Part shown: positions 1 to 7,794 of the stretch, piece after piece
Position numbering within the stretch: the stretch's first letter is position 1
How the letters are laid out: the number at the start of each line of letters is the position of its first letter
DNA from: Acidobacteriota bacterium
Lineage (GTDB): Bacteria; Acidobacteriota; Vicinamibacteria; Vicinamibacterales; UBA2999
Length of the DNA: 55,567 bases
NCBI GenBank assembly: GCA_031392125.1
Contig: JANMUX010000521.1
Location: forward strand, 1-55,567
Direction of reading: 5' to 3'
Program-made: the position numbers and the translations under genes
Notes under the pieces: model-generated
Database searches by the model: none
Told to the model about the DNA's origin: nothing
The model's input: the letters and a program-made list of their open reading frames with translations, nothing else

Positions 1-195
1 ATCGAGGAAGTGCTGCGGCGCTTCAAGGTGAAGTACGAACTTCGCACCTCGGCCGAAGACGCCGTATCCTACATGGCGATTGCACCACGGGCGTTACGCA
101 CCGACCGCGTCTCCAACATCCTGATGGAATTGGAGCCCGAGGGTAAGGGCGCGATCGAGTGGGTCGAGAAGTCAAAGGACAAGGTTCCGAAGTAA
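1..195 (+). CDS. 3' end of an unidentified protein-coding gene running off the left edge
   Basis: Frame 1 is open from base 1 to TAA 193-195. Third codon positions are mostly G/C. The stop lies 2 nt before the GTG of the next gene. No family recognised from the 64 C-terminal residues. Confidence 0.4.
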   Translation: MEEVLRRFKVKYELRTSAEDAVSYMAIAPRALRTDRVSNILMELEPEGKGAIEWVEKSKDKVPK

Positions 196-197
196 CC

Positions 198-1157
198 GTG
201 AAGCTGATCATTCAACCTGAAGCCGGCGTCGTTCCGATCATCCAGGCGATCAAGACCGCCAAGAAGTCGATCGACGTCTTCATTTTTCGTTTCGACCGCA
301 ATGACGTCGAAAAGGCGCTGGAGGCTGCGGTGCAGCGCGGCGTGGTGGTCCGCGCGATCATCGCCCACACCAACCGCGGTGGCGAAGCAAACCTGCGCAA
401 GCTCGAACAGCGCCTGCTGGCGCACGGGGTGCTGGTGTCGCGCAGCGCCGACGACCTGCTGCGCTATCACGCCAAATACATGATTGCCGACTCGACCCTT
501 CACCTGCTTGGCTTCAACTTCACCAAGCTCGACATGGACAAGAGCCGCAGCTTCGCCGTTTCGACCAAGGACAGCCGATCAGTACAGGCCGCCGTGAAAC
601 TGTTCGAAGCCGACCTGACCCGTCAGCCGTATACGCCGTCAAAGTCAAACCTGGTGGTCAGTCCGGAGAACTCACGGGAGATGCTGACCGGTTTCATCAA
701 GGGTGCGAAGAAGCAACTCGCGATCTATGACGCCAAGTTGTTCGACCCGGCAATGGTGAAGCTGCTTCGCGAGCGCGCTGAAAAAGGCGTCGAGGTGCGC
801 GTGCTCGGCGCCATCAAGGGCAAGTACGGCGATATCGAAGCCCGTAAGCTCGGCAACATGCGACTGCACGTGCGGGCAATCGTGCGCGATGGCACCAAGG
901 CGTTTGTCGGCAGCCAGAGCCTGCGCAAGGATGAACTCGAAAATCGCCGCGAGGTGGGGCTGATCGTGACCAACCCGGCGATGGCGCGCGGAATGTTGAA
1001 AGTGTTCGAGAGCGACTGGCTCGAGTCGGGCACGAGCAAAGACGACAAAGGCAAGGGCGACAAAGGCAAGGACGCCAAGGAGAAAGACCCGAAAGACGAC
1101 GACCCGAAGCAGAAAGACGCAAAGGCGAAAGCCGCCGATGCCGAAGACGCCGCCTAG
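198..1157 (+). CDS. Phospholipase D-fold (two-HKD) family protein with a Lys/Asp-rich C-terminal tail
   Basis: First motif HAKYMIAD(x6)GFN (His codon 468-470). Second, degenerate motif HVRAIVRD(x6)GSQS. GTG 198 is in frame with track ORF 159-1157 and sits just after the upstream stop. Start choice is uncertain (159 or 198). Confidence 0.8.
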   Translation: MKLIIQPEAGVVPIIQAIKTAKKSIDVFIFRFDRNDVEKALEAAVQRGVVVRAIIAHTNRGGEANLRKLEQRLLAHGVLVSRSADDLLRYHAKYMIADSTLHLLGFNFTKLDMDKSRSFAVSTKDSRSVQAAVKLFEADLTRQPYTPSKSNLVVSPENSREMLTGFIKGAKKQLAIYDAKLFDPAMVKLLRERAEKGVEVRVLGAIKGKYGDIEARKLGNMRLHVRAIVRDGTKAFVGSQSLRKDELENRREVGLIVTNPAMARGMLKVFESDWLESGTSKDDKGKGDKGKDAKEKDPKDDDPKQKDAKAKAADAEDAA

Positions 1158-1840
1158 GACGGTCGCATGGTGATGTCGCCCGTTGTGGGCGCACTTTCGA
1201 TGAAGCGGTTCCACGACGCTTCGGCCTTCGCCGGCTGCCCGCGTTCGATGACTCCACCGCACCACAAGCTGCCCTGGCCGGGTGCCGCAACCCAGACGCG
1301 TTTCACCCGCGTCGAGACGCCGAACGCGGTCACCTTCAGCGTGAAATAGGGCGGCAGCGAAGACGGCGCCGCGCCAGTCACCTCCAGCCGCACGCCTTCA
1401 TTGCTCACATCCATCACCTTGGCCGACACGCCATCGATCTGCGAGAGCAGCCGCGGCACGCGTTTGCGGGGCGAGCGCCGGGCCGGCCGCCCTTCGGCCA
1501 GCGCGAGAGCAATTGACAGCAGGAAGTTGTCGCGGGTGACCGGTCGATCAATCCACGTCACGTCGCGCGGAACCGTTTCCAGCGCATTTGCAGGTTCGCC
1601 GACCACGATTAGTGGGCGATTGGCGCCGAGAATTCTGAGCAGCCTCGGCAAGTCGGCGGCCGACACCAGCGCGACGTCGGCGATCAGCGCCTCAACCGGC
1701 CGCGTGGTGAGGTCGCGGCCCAGCAAGTCGAGGTCGAGCATGGGCGCCGGCTCGTAGCCAGCGGCACTCAACCAGTCCATGAACGCGGCCCGTTCGCCGA
1801 GAATCGGACAGGCCACACCAATACGCTCAAGGACAGGCAT
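1154..1840 (-). CDS. PilZ domain protein with an N-terminal receiver-like domain (putative c-di-GMP binder)
   Basis: C-terminal RRSPR (RxxxR) followed 18 aa later by DVSNEG (DxSxxG). The N-terminal ~120 aa has a CheY-like alternating pattern. ATG at 1840 (MPVLERIG...); the track ORF extends to 1903. Confidence 0.7.
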   Translation of the reverse strand: MPVLERIGVACPILGERAAFMDWLSAAGYEPAPMLDLDLLGRDLTTRPVEALIADVALVSAADLPRLLRILGANRPLIVVGEPANALETVPRDVTWIDRPVTRDNFLLSIALALAEGRPARRSPRKRVPRLLSQIDGVSAKVMDVSNEGVRLEVTGAAPSSLPPYFTLKVTAFGVSTRVKRVWVAAPGQGSLWCGGVIERGQPAKAEASWNRFIESAPTTGDITMRPS

Positions 1841-1988
1841 CTGACCAAGTGGGCTGCAATCGCTGTTCCTGATTGCATCTCGTTGCGCAAACAGCAGTTG
1901 CACCGCGGCCGGCTCCCGCGCCAGCGACGAAACCGTCGGTGGCGTACGATCTCTGTCTGTCGCGATGAGAGTTCCGCGCTCTTGGCGC

Positions 1989-2909
1989 TCACTTCATACG
2001 ATGAAGGTCGGCTTCCGCTGCGATGTAGCCAAACGCGTTCCAGCCGCCTCCGGCCGTGACCTTCTGGAATACTTCGCGCGCCTTCGCCATGTCGCCGGTG
2101 ACGTAGTAGTAGTTGCCGACGCCGTAGCCCTGCGTCGCGATGGTCGTGTCGTCGGCCTTCGCGGTATCGAGCAGCGCCTCGGGCTTGTCGAGGCCCTTGT
2201 ACATCAGCAGCCGGCGGTGATACGAGCCGTTCTCGAGAATGTCCATTCTCGGCCCGATGCGCTCCAGCAGCTTGGCGGCCTCCGCCTTGCGGTTCATCCT
2301 CATCAGGGTCATCCACATCCAGTCGCTCGTGGCAGCCACCGAGTCGTCGTTGTTCGAGACCTTCATGCACTCCACAAACGCGTCGTAGGCCTTGGGGTAG
2401 TTACCCTGGAGATAGTACGCGAGCCCGAGGTGATACCAAATGTTGAACTGGAGGGTGCTGCTCGGCTTGCCGGCAGGGTTCGGCGCGCCATCCGGTTCGA
2501 TCTCGTCCTTCTGCCCCCTGATCAACTCCGCGGCCTTCTCGAGGTCGGCCTGCGCCTTCGCGAACTGGCGAACCGAAAGATAGCGGTGGCCGCGATGGCG
2601 GTAGAACTTCGCGTTGTCCGGATGCAGCTCGATGCCCTTGGTGAACATCGCAATGCCTTCGTTATAGCGCCACAGGTAACCAAGGCGGCGGCCCACCCAG
2701 ATCAACGTCTCCGGGTTGCTGGGGTTGGCCGCGAACGCTTTCTGCGCTTGCGCCAGGTCGGCTTCCAGCTTCTGCCGGTTCGGGATCGTCGCCGGCACCA
2801 TCAACGGCTTACCTGCCACCGACATGACTTCGGGCTTGCCGGTTTGCGCGGGCAGGGTGACGGCGGTGACCGCAAGGGTCACGGCAAGGATGAAGATGAC
2901 TGGTTTCAT
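1989..2909 (-). CDS. Secreted TPR-repeat protein
   Basis: N-terminal signal peptide MKPVIFILAVTLAVTAVTLPAQ. Repeated TPR-like helices (YHLGLAYYLQGNYPKAYDAFVECM, GNYYYVTGDMAKAREVFQKV). ATGA overlap with rmuC upstream. Confidence 0.75.
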   Translation of the reverse strand: MKPVIFILAVTLAVTAVTLPAQTGKPEVMSVAGKPLMVPATIPNRQKLEADLAQAQKAFAANPSNPETLIWVGRRLGYLWRYNEGIAMFTKGIELHPDNAKFYRHRGHRYLSVRQFAKAQADLEKAAELIRGQKDEIEPDGAPNPAGKPSSTLQFNIWYHLGLAYYLQGNYPKAYDAFVECMKVSNNDDSVAATSDWMWMTLMRMNRKAEAAKLLERIGPRMDILENGSYHRRLLMYKGLDKPEALLDTAKADDTTIATQGYGVGNYYYVTGDMAKAREVFQKVTAGGGWNAFGYIAAEADLHRMK

Positions 2910-4156
2910 GAACGCTCTCCTGATGTGGCTTCGGTTTCTTCGGTATCGAGCAATCCTTGCTGGGTCGGCGCATCAAGCTTGCGCGCCACCGTCTCCAGCG
3001 GATCGATTAGCGGAATCTCCTTAGCGCTGCCGGCGCCCAGCTCGCGGAACCGGCGAGCCTTGACGAGCACGTTGTTCTCGAACGACCCGATCACCTTGTT
3101 GAACGTCGAGAAGGTGCCATCCATGCGGCGCCGCAGGTCTTCGAGGTGCTCGGCCATGGTGGCGACGCTTTCGTGCAGCGACTTGCCAAGCCGGCTGATC
3201 TCTTCCGCGTTGATCGTCAGCCGCTCCTGCTTCCAGCCGAAAGCCGCCGCCCGCAGCAGTGCAATCAACGTCAGCGGGCTGGCGATGATCACGTTGCGCG
3301 TCACGCCGTAATCGATCAACAACGCATCCTGTTCGAGCGCCGCCATGTAAATGGCCTCGGCCGGCAGGAACAACACGACCATCTCGGGCGATGCCGGGAA
3401 CTGATCCCAGTAGGCCTTGGCTCCGAGCTTCGTCACGTGGTCCTTCACCTGGCGGACATGGTCCGCCAGCTTGCCGCTGCGGACCCCGTCATCAGTGGCG
3501 CCCTGGGCATCGAGAAACGCCTCCAGCGGCGCCTTGGCGTCGACGATGATCGATCGGCCGCCAGGCAGGTTGATGATCATGTCTGGGCGCAGGCGGCCCG
3601 ATTCGGTGAAGATGGTCGGCTGCTCGTCGAAGTCGCAGTGCTCCATCATGCCGGCCAGTTCCACGACCTTGCGAAGCTGCACTTCACCCCACCGGCCGCG
3701 AACACCGGGTGACCGCAGCGCCCGCACCAGGTTCTGGGTCTCTAACTGCAGTTGCTGCTGGGTCTGGCCGACCAGGCTCAGCATGGTCCGCATGCTCGCG
3801 CTGTCGTCAACACGGCTCTTCTCGACCTCTTTGAGCTTGGCGTCGACCTGGATCAACGTCTCCTTGATCGGCGCAACCAGTGAGCCCAACTCCTGTTGCC
3901 GGCGGGTCAGGTCGATGGCCGCTTCCTTGTGGACGTTGCCGATCTTCTGGTCGGCGAGCTTGATAAATTCGTCGGTGCTCGACTTCAGCGTCGCCGCCGC
4001 GAGCGAACTGAACGATTCGCGCAGCTGATTTTCCTGCGACACCCGCGTGCGGGACGCCAGCAGCCAGCCGGCGGTGAAGCCAAGGACAAGGGCAGAAACA
4101 ACCGCAAAGACCAATTCCAATTCACTTCGGATGTTAACCCGATCCTCCAGCAGCAA
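2906..4156 (-). CDS. rmuC: DNA recombination protein RmuC
   Basis: N-terminal TM helix, long coiled-coil, and the conserved C-terminal block VVLFLPAEAIYMAALEQDALLIDYGVTRNVIIASPLTLIALLRA. The track start is CTG and no in-frame ATG lies nearby, so the start is uncertain. Confidence 0.85.
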   Translation of the reverse strand: MLLEDRVNIRSELELVFAVVSALVLGFTAGWLLASRTRVSQENQLRESFSSLAAATLKSSTDEFIKLADQKIGNVHKEAAIDLTRRQQELGSLVAPIKETLIQVDAKLKEVEKSRVDDSASMRTMLSLVGQTQQQLQLETQNLVRALRSPGVRGRWGEVQLRKVVELAGMMEHCDFDEQPTIFTESGRLRPDMIINLPGGRSIIVDAKAPLEAFLDAQGATDDGVRSGKLADHVRQVKDHVTKLGAKAYWDQFPASPEMVVLFLPAEAIYMAALEQDALLIDYGVTRNVIIASPLTLIALLRAAAFGWKQERLTINAEEISRLGKSLHESVATMAEHLEDLRRRMDGTFSTFNKVIGSFENNVLVKARRFRELGAGSAKEIPLIDPLETVARKLDAPTQQGLLDTEETEATSGERS

Positions 4157-4306
4157 GAGTGAGATGCCGCATTTCGCACCAGCGCGATTACCAAATCGTC
4201 GCCGAGCGTGGAAATTCGTAACGGGGACGGTCGGGCCGTGGCGCCCTATTTTCCGTAACTGACTGGCCTGCCTCGGGTTAGCATAGCCACGCTCGCCAGC
4301 TAAGTC

Positions 4307-4322
4307 TGGAAGGGCCGTTGCA
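4307..4322 (+). promoter_or_regulatory. Possible sigma54-type -24/-12 element (TGGAAG-N5-TTGCA)
   Basis: GG 4308-4309 and GC 4320-4321 are spaced exactly as in the TGGCACG-N4-TTGCW consensus. The -24 half is weak. The element ends 3 nt before ATG 4325, so the start site would fall inside the annotated ORF. Confidence 0.25.
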
Positions 4323-4324
4323 CC

Positions 4325-5902
4325 ATGAGCCGAGTGCCCTCAGCGTTAAGCGAACCCATGATTGCCGCGGTTGACGGTTTTGGCCGTCGTACGCGCGGGA
4401 TCGATCCAGAGGGCGGAGACGAGGTCGAGATCCTCGATCTGTCGTCCGCGCTCGTCGAACATCCCGGTTTCGTGTCGGCGCTAGGCGACCGGGTGGCACG
4501 GTTTGCCACCGTTCGTCATGCCTCCTACGTCCACGTGCGGCGACTCGATCGGCCTTCCGCGGATCGCCTGACGTTGGTGTCGGACAACACTCCTGGCTGG
4601 CGCCTGTCTCAGCTGCTCGAGGTCTCATCGACTGCCGGGGTTCCGCTCGACATCACCGTGGTCATTGGCCTGCTCCGCCAGCTGCTGCCGGCCGTCGCCC
4701 TGTTCGGCCGCCACAACCGCGATAAGGCGATTGGCGCGCTGTCTACCGAGCGTCTAATCGTGACGCCGCAGGGGCGCCTCGTGATTGCCGAGCACGCGTT
4801 TGGCCCCGCGCTCGACAAGTTGAATTTCGGTCGCGAGCGCCTGTGGCACGACTTCCGGGTCTGCATGGCGCCGTCGGCCGGCTTGCCTCGAGCCAACGCC
4901 CGCTCTGATGCTCACGCCATTGGCGTGGTGGCGCTGGCGTTGGTCCTGGGCCGCCTGCTGACCGATGACGAGTACCCGAATCAAATGGCGCCGCTGCTCG
5001 ACTCGGCCGTCGAGCGCCGCGAGGGCCGGGCGACGCCGCTTTCGAAGGCGCTGTCTGGCTGGCTGACCCGCGCGTTGCAGTTCGAGATCACCACAGCGTT
5101 TCAATCGCCGCACGAAGCTCAGGTTGCGTTCGAGTCGGTGCTTGCCAGCGACCGCGCTTACGTCACCTCGTCTTCAGCCCTCGACGAATGGGTGACCAGG
5201 GTCGGCGCTATCATCGAACAGCCGGTTGCTGCAGAACCGGCGGCGTCGGCAGTGGTCGAGATCGAACCACCGGTCCCCTCGCGCGCGGATTCTGGCGAGC
5301 TACGGCCCGACACGGGCGACCTGCCTGCCGAAGGTCCAGCGATATTCGCTGCGCCCCTCGGCCGCGACAGCGGCCCGGCGAGAAACCCGTTGGTGCTGGC
5401 CTTGATCCTGTTCGCGATTGCGCAGTCCTTTGTCGTGCTGTGGCTGTGGAATCGCGATCCCGGCGCGCCGCGAGCGGGCGAAGGTGAATTGGTCGTGCAG
5501 TCGCGTCCGGTTGCAGCGCGGGTTTCAATCGACGGCGAAGAGCGCGGCGTGACGCCGCTTACCGTGCCGCTGCCGGCAGGCGCCCATGTGCTCGAGGTGC
5601 AAAGCGGCAAGTCCGAACCGCGTGTGATTCCGCTGACCATCAGGCCCGGCGTGCAAACCGCGCAGTACATCGAACTTCAGAACGTGGCCATGACCGGTGG
5701 TCTCGATATTCGCAGCGAGCCCCCGGGCGCGCGCGTGACCATCGATGGCCAGAATCGTGGGACCACCCCCCTGACGATTCGCGACCTGGCCCCGGGCGAC
5801 CACCAGGTGGTGCTCGAGGGCGGCGGCCGCAAGGTAACCCAGCCGGTGCGAATCGACGCGGGCATCACCGCTCAACTCGTCGTGCCCCTGCCTCGCCGCT
5901 AA
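4325..5902 (+). CDS. Membrane-anchored pseudokinase-like protein with two periplasmic PEGA domains
   Basis: The N-terminal ~270 aa aligns by eye to Ser/Thr kinase subdomains, but the HRD and DFG acidic residues are replaced (IGALSTERLIV; AEHAFG). One TM helix (LVLALILFAIAQSFVVLWLW). Two PEGA-like repeats (ARVSIDGEERGVTPL...PAGAH; ARVTIDGQNRGTTPL...APGDH). Alternative start ATG 4358. Confidence 0.7.
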   Translation: MSRVPSALSEPMIAAVDGFGRRTRGIDPEGGDEVEILDLSSALVEHPGFVSALGDRVARFATVRHASYVHVRRLDRPSADRLTLVSDNTPGWRLSQLLEVSSTAGVPLDITVVIGLLRQLLPAVALFGRHNRDKAIGALSTERLIVTPQGRLVIAEHAFGPALDKLNFGRERLWHDFRVCMAPSAGLPRANARSDAHAIGVVALALVLGRLLTDDEYPNQMAPLLDSAVERREGRATPLSKALSGWLTRALQFEITTAFQSPHEAQVAFESVLASDRAYVTSSSALDEWVTRVGAIIEQPVAAEPAASAVVEIEPPVPSRADSGELRPDTGDLPAEGPAIFAAPLGRDSGPARNPLVLALILFAIAQSFVVLWLWNRDPGAPRAGEGELVVQSRPVAARVSIDGEERGVTPLTVPLPAGAHVLEVQSGKSEPRVIPLTIRPGVQTAQYIELQNVAMTGGLDIRSEPPGARVTIDGQNRGTTPLTIRDLAPGDHQVVLEGGGRKVTQPVRIDAGITAQLVVPLPRR

Positions 5903-5911
5903 CCCGTTTTT

Positions 5912-7216
5912 ATGCATGCCTTTGCACGTCAAGTTCTGTTAGGATCGGCCATCCTTTTGATGCGCAAACGATTCCTGGTTCCGGCGATCGCCATTCTCTT
6001 TGGCGCCGCTTCGTCACCGCTATGGCTGGTCTCGGCCGCAGATTCGGTGGCGATGAGCCGGCTCGATGTCGACGTGCCGCTCACGAGCGACGCCGACTAT
6101 TTGAGCGGGTTCGTTCCCACGCGAACGACCATTGGCGCGGTGTTCGAACACCACATGATCGATGGTCCTGAGAGGTCGGTGTTAGTCGCCTCGATCGGCG
6201 ATGCGTTCGACCTGCGCCGCATTCGCGCCGGCCAGCCTTATGTCATCGACCGCATGCTCGACGGCCGCGTGCGCCGGTTCGAGTACGAGATCGACGAAGA
6301 CCGCCGCTTGACCGCTACGCGCGGCTCCCTGGAAGGTACGCCTCGCTTCCACACCGCGATCGAACGCATTCCCAAGCAGAGCGAGGTCGTAATGGTGGAA
6401 GGCGCCATCGACCGTGAGACCAACTCGCTGTCGGCGGCGCTCGGCAAGGCTGGCGAGCGCATCGACCTGGCGCTTGGACTGGCCGATGTGTTCTCGGGAG
6501 AGATTGACTTCAACTCGGACCTGCAGCCGGGCGACCGCTTCCGCTTGTTGGTGGAACGGCATTCACGCGAGGGCAAGCTGGCCGGCTACGGTCCCATTCT
6601 GGCAGCCGAGTTCGTGAACGACGGCCGCCAGATGCGCGCCATTCGCTTTACGACCGAGGGTGGGCCAGCGGCGTATTACGACGACCAGGGCCGGTCGCTG
6701 AAGCGATTCTTTCTGAAGTCGCCGCTGAAGTTCGAGCCGCGGGTGACCTCGCGCTTCTCGGCGTCGCGCAAACATCCCATCCTGGGTTATGCCCGCGCGC
6801 ATAACGGTGTCGACTACCACGCCGGCACGGGTGCGCCGGTCGTGTCGGTGGCGCCAGGTTTGGTGACGATGGCGGGGTGGACCGGGGGCGGCGGCCGCAC
6901 CGTGAAAGTGCGCCACCCGAATGGTTACGAAACCGAATATCTACACTTGTCAGCTATCAACGTGCGCCAGGGCGCGCGTGTCGGACAAGGCGAGCTGCTG
7001 GGCCGCGTCGGCATGACCGGCCTTGCGACCGGTCCCCATCTCCATTACGGTCTGAAAAAGGGCGGGCGGTATGTGAACCCGATCCTCGAGCACCGCAACA
7101 TGCCACCTGGCGATCCGGTGCCGGCGGGGCTGATCAACGTATTCTCGTCAGAACGCGATCGCTACCTGTCGCTGCTGTTCGCCACGCCCGCGACCCGCGC
7201 CGCCGACGACAACTAG
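5912..7216 (+). CDS. M23 family metallopeptidase (peptidoglycan DD-endopeptidase-like)
   Basis: HNGVDYHAGTGAPV (HxxxD) and GPHLHYGL (HxH) motifs. N-terminal hydrophobic anchor. Alternative start ATG 5960 (MRKRFLVPAIAILF). Confidence 0.85.
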   Translation: MHAFARQVLLGSAILLMRKRFLVPAIAILFGAASSPLWLVSAADSVAMSRLDVDVPLTSDADYLSGFVPTRTTIGAVFEHHMIDGPERSVLVASIGDAFDLRRIRAGQPYVIDRMLDGRVRRFEYEIDEDRRLTATRGSLEGTPRFHTAIERIPKQSEVVMVEGAIDRETNSLSAALGKAGERIDLALGLADVFSGEIDFNSDLQPGDRFRLLVERHSREGKLAGYGPILAAEFVNDGRQMRAIRFTTEGGPAAYYDDQGRSLKRFFLKSPLKFEPRVTSRFSASRKHPILGYARAHNGVDYHAGTGAPVVSVAPGLVTMAGWTGGGGRTVKVRHPNGYETEYLHLSAINVRQGARVGQGELLGRVGMTGLATGPHLHYGLKKGGRYVNPILEHRNMPPGDPVPAGLINVFSSERDRYLSLLFATPATRAADDN

Positions 7217-7253
7217 CCACAGAGGGCACGGAGCATCTCTGTGCCCTCTGTGG
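7217..7253. terminator. Bidirectional hairpin between convergent genes
   Basis: Perfect 13-bp stem ccacagagggcac / gtgccctctgtgg with an 11-nt loop. The stem is extendable by 2-3 pairs into the TAG stop at 7214-7216. No U-tract. Confidence 0.6.
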
Positions 7254-7264
7254 CTGGTTAGTTC

Positions 7265-7729
7265 TTAGCGGAAAGTCCAGCCGACCCCAAATTTAAAGTC
7301 AGGCGAGTCGATTGCCCCCATTTTGAACTCGAAGAACAAGCCGCGACTGCTCTCGACGCCTACCAGCAGATTCAGCCCGGCATCGGTTTCCGAATCATCC
7401 ACGTCGTCGAGCATGTAGACGTTCAGCGCCGGCCCGCCGCCCGCGTAGACTCCCCAGTCACGGCGGTTGGGGAACTTATAGACAAACTCCATGTTGGCCG
7501 AGATCAGCGTAAGGTCGTCGCCGAAGCCCACTTCAACGTTGGGACGGAAGTGAAGCCGGTCGATGAGGGGTGAGGTTTCGAAGTGCCCGCCAAAGTAGAA
7601 CTGATCGGGATCCACCGACAGACCGCCGCGAATGCCGGCGTCCTGAGCCCCCGCCGGAACGGCCAAGAAGAACACGGTAGCGAGTAAAAATGACAGACGT
7701 GTAATGGAACGAGTCACGAAGTGGCTCAT
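7265..7729 (-). CDS. Small outer-membrane beta-barrel protein (OmpW/porin-family-like)
   Basis: Signal peptide ending AGAQD. Alternating amphipathic beta-strand pattern rich in G/Y/F. C-terminal GVGWTFR. Confidence 0.6.
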   Translation of the reverse strand: MSHFVTRSITRLSFLLATVFFLAVPAGAQDAGIRGGLSVDPDQFYFGGHFETSPLIDRLHFRPNVEVGFGDDLTLISANMEFVYKFPNRRDWGVYAGGGPALNVYMLDDVDDSETDAGLNLLVGVESSRGLFFEFKMGAIDSPDFKFGVGWTFR

Positions 7730-7779
7730 GCAGTCCTCCCTTGCTGCACCTGTAGTGCAAGAGACCTGCCGTCGCGGCC

Positions 7780-7785
7780 TATAAT
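7780..7785 (+). promoter_or_regulatory. Possible -10 box (TATAAT) giving a near-leaderless transcript for the next gene
   Basis: Exact TATAAT lies 9 nt before ATG 7795. No convincing -35 element (best is GTGCAA at 18 nt). Confidence 0.2.
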
Positions 7786-7794
7786 TCAGGCAGC

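Noticed and set aside
1965-3311. 448-aa plus-strand ORF
   Set aside because: It lies antisense to the TPR gene and rmuC, both of which have clear family signatures. Its product is Arg/Ala/Gly-rich low complexity, typical of shadow ORFs in high-GC DNA.
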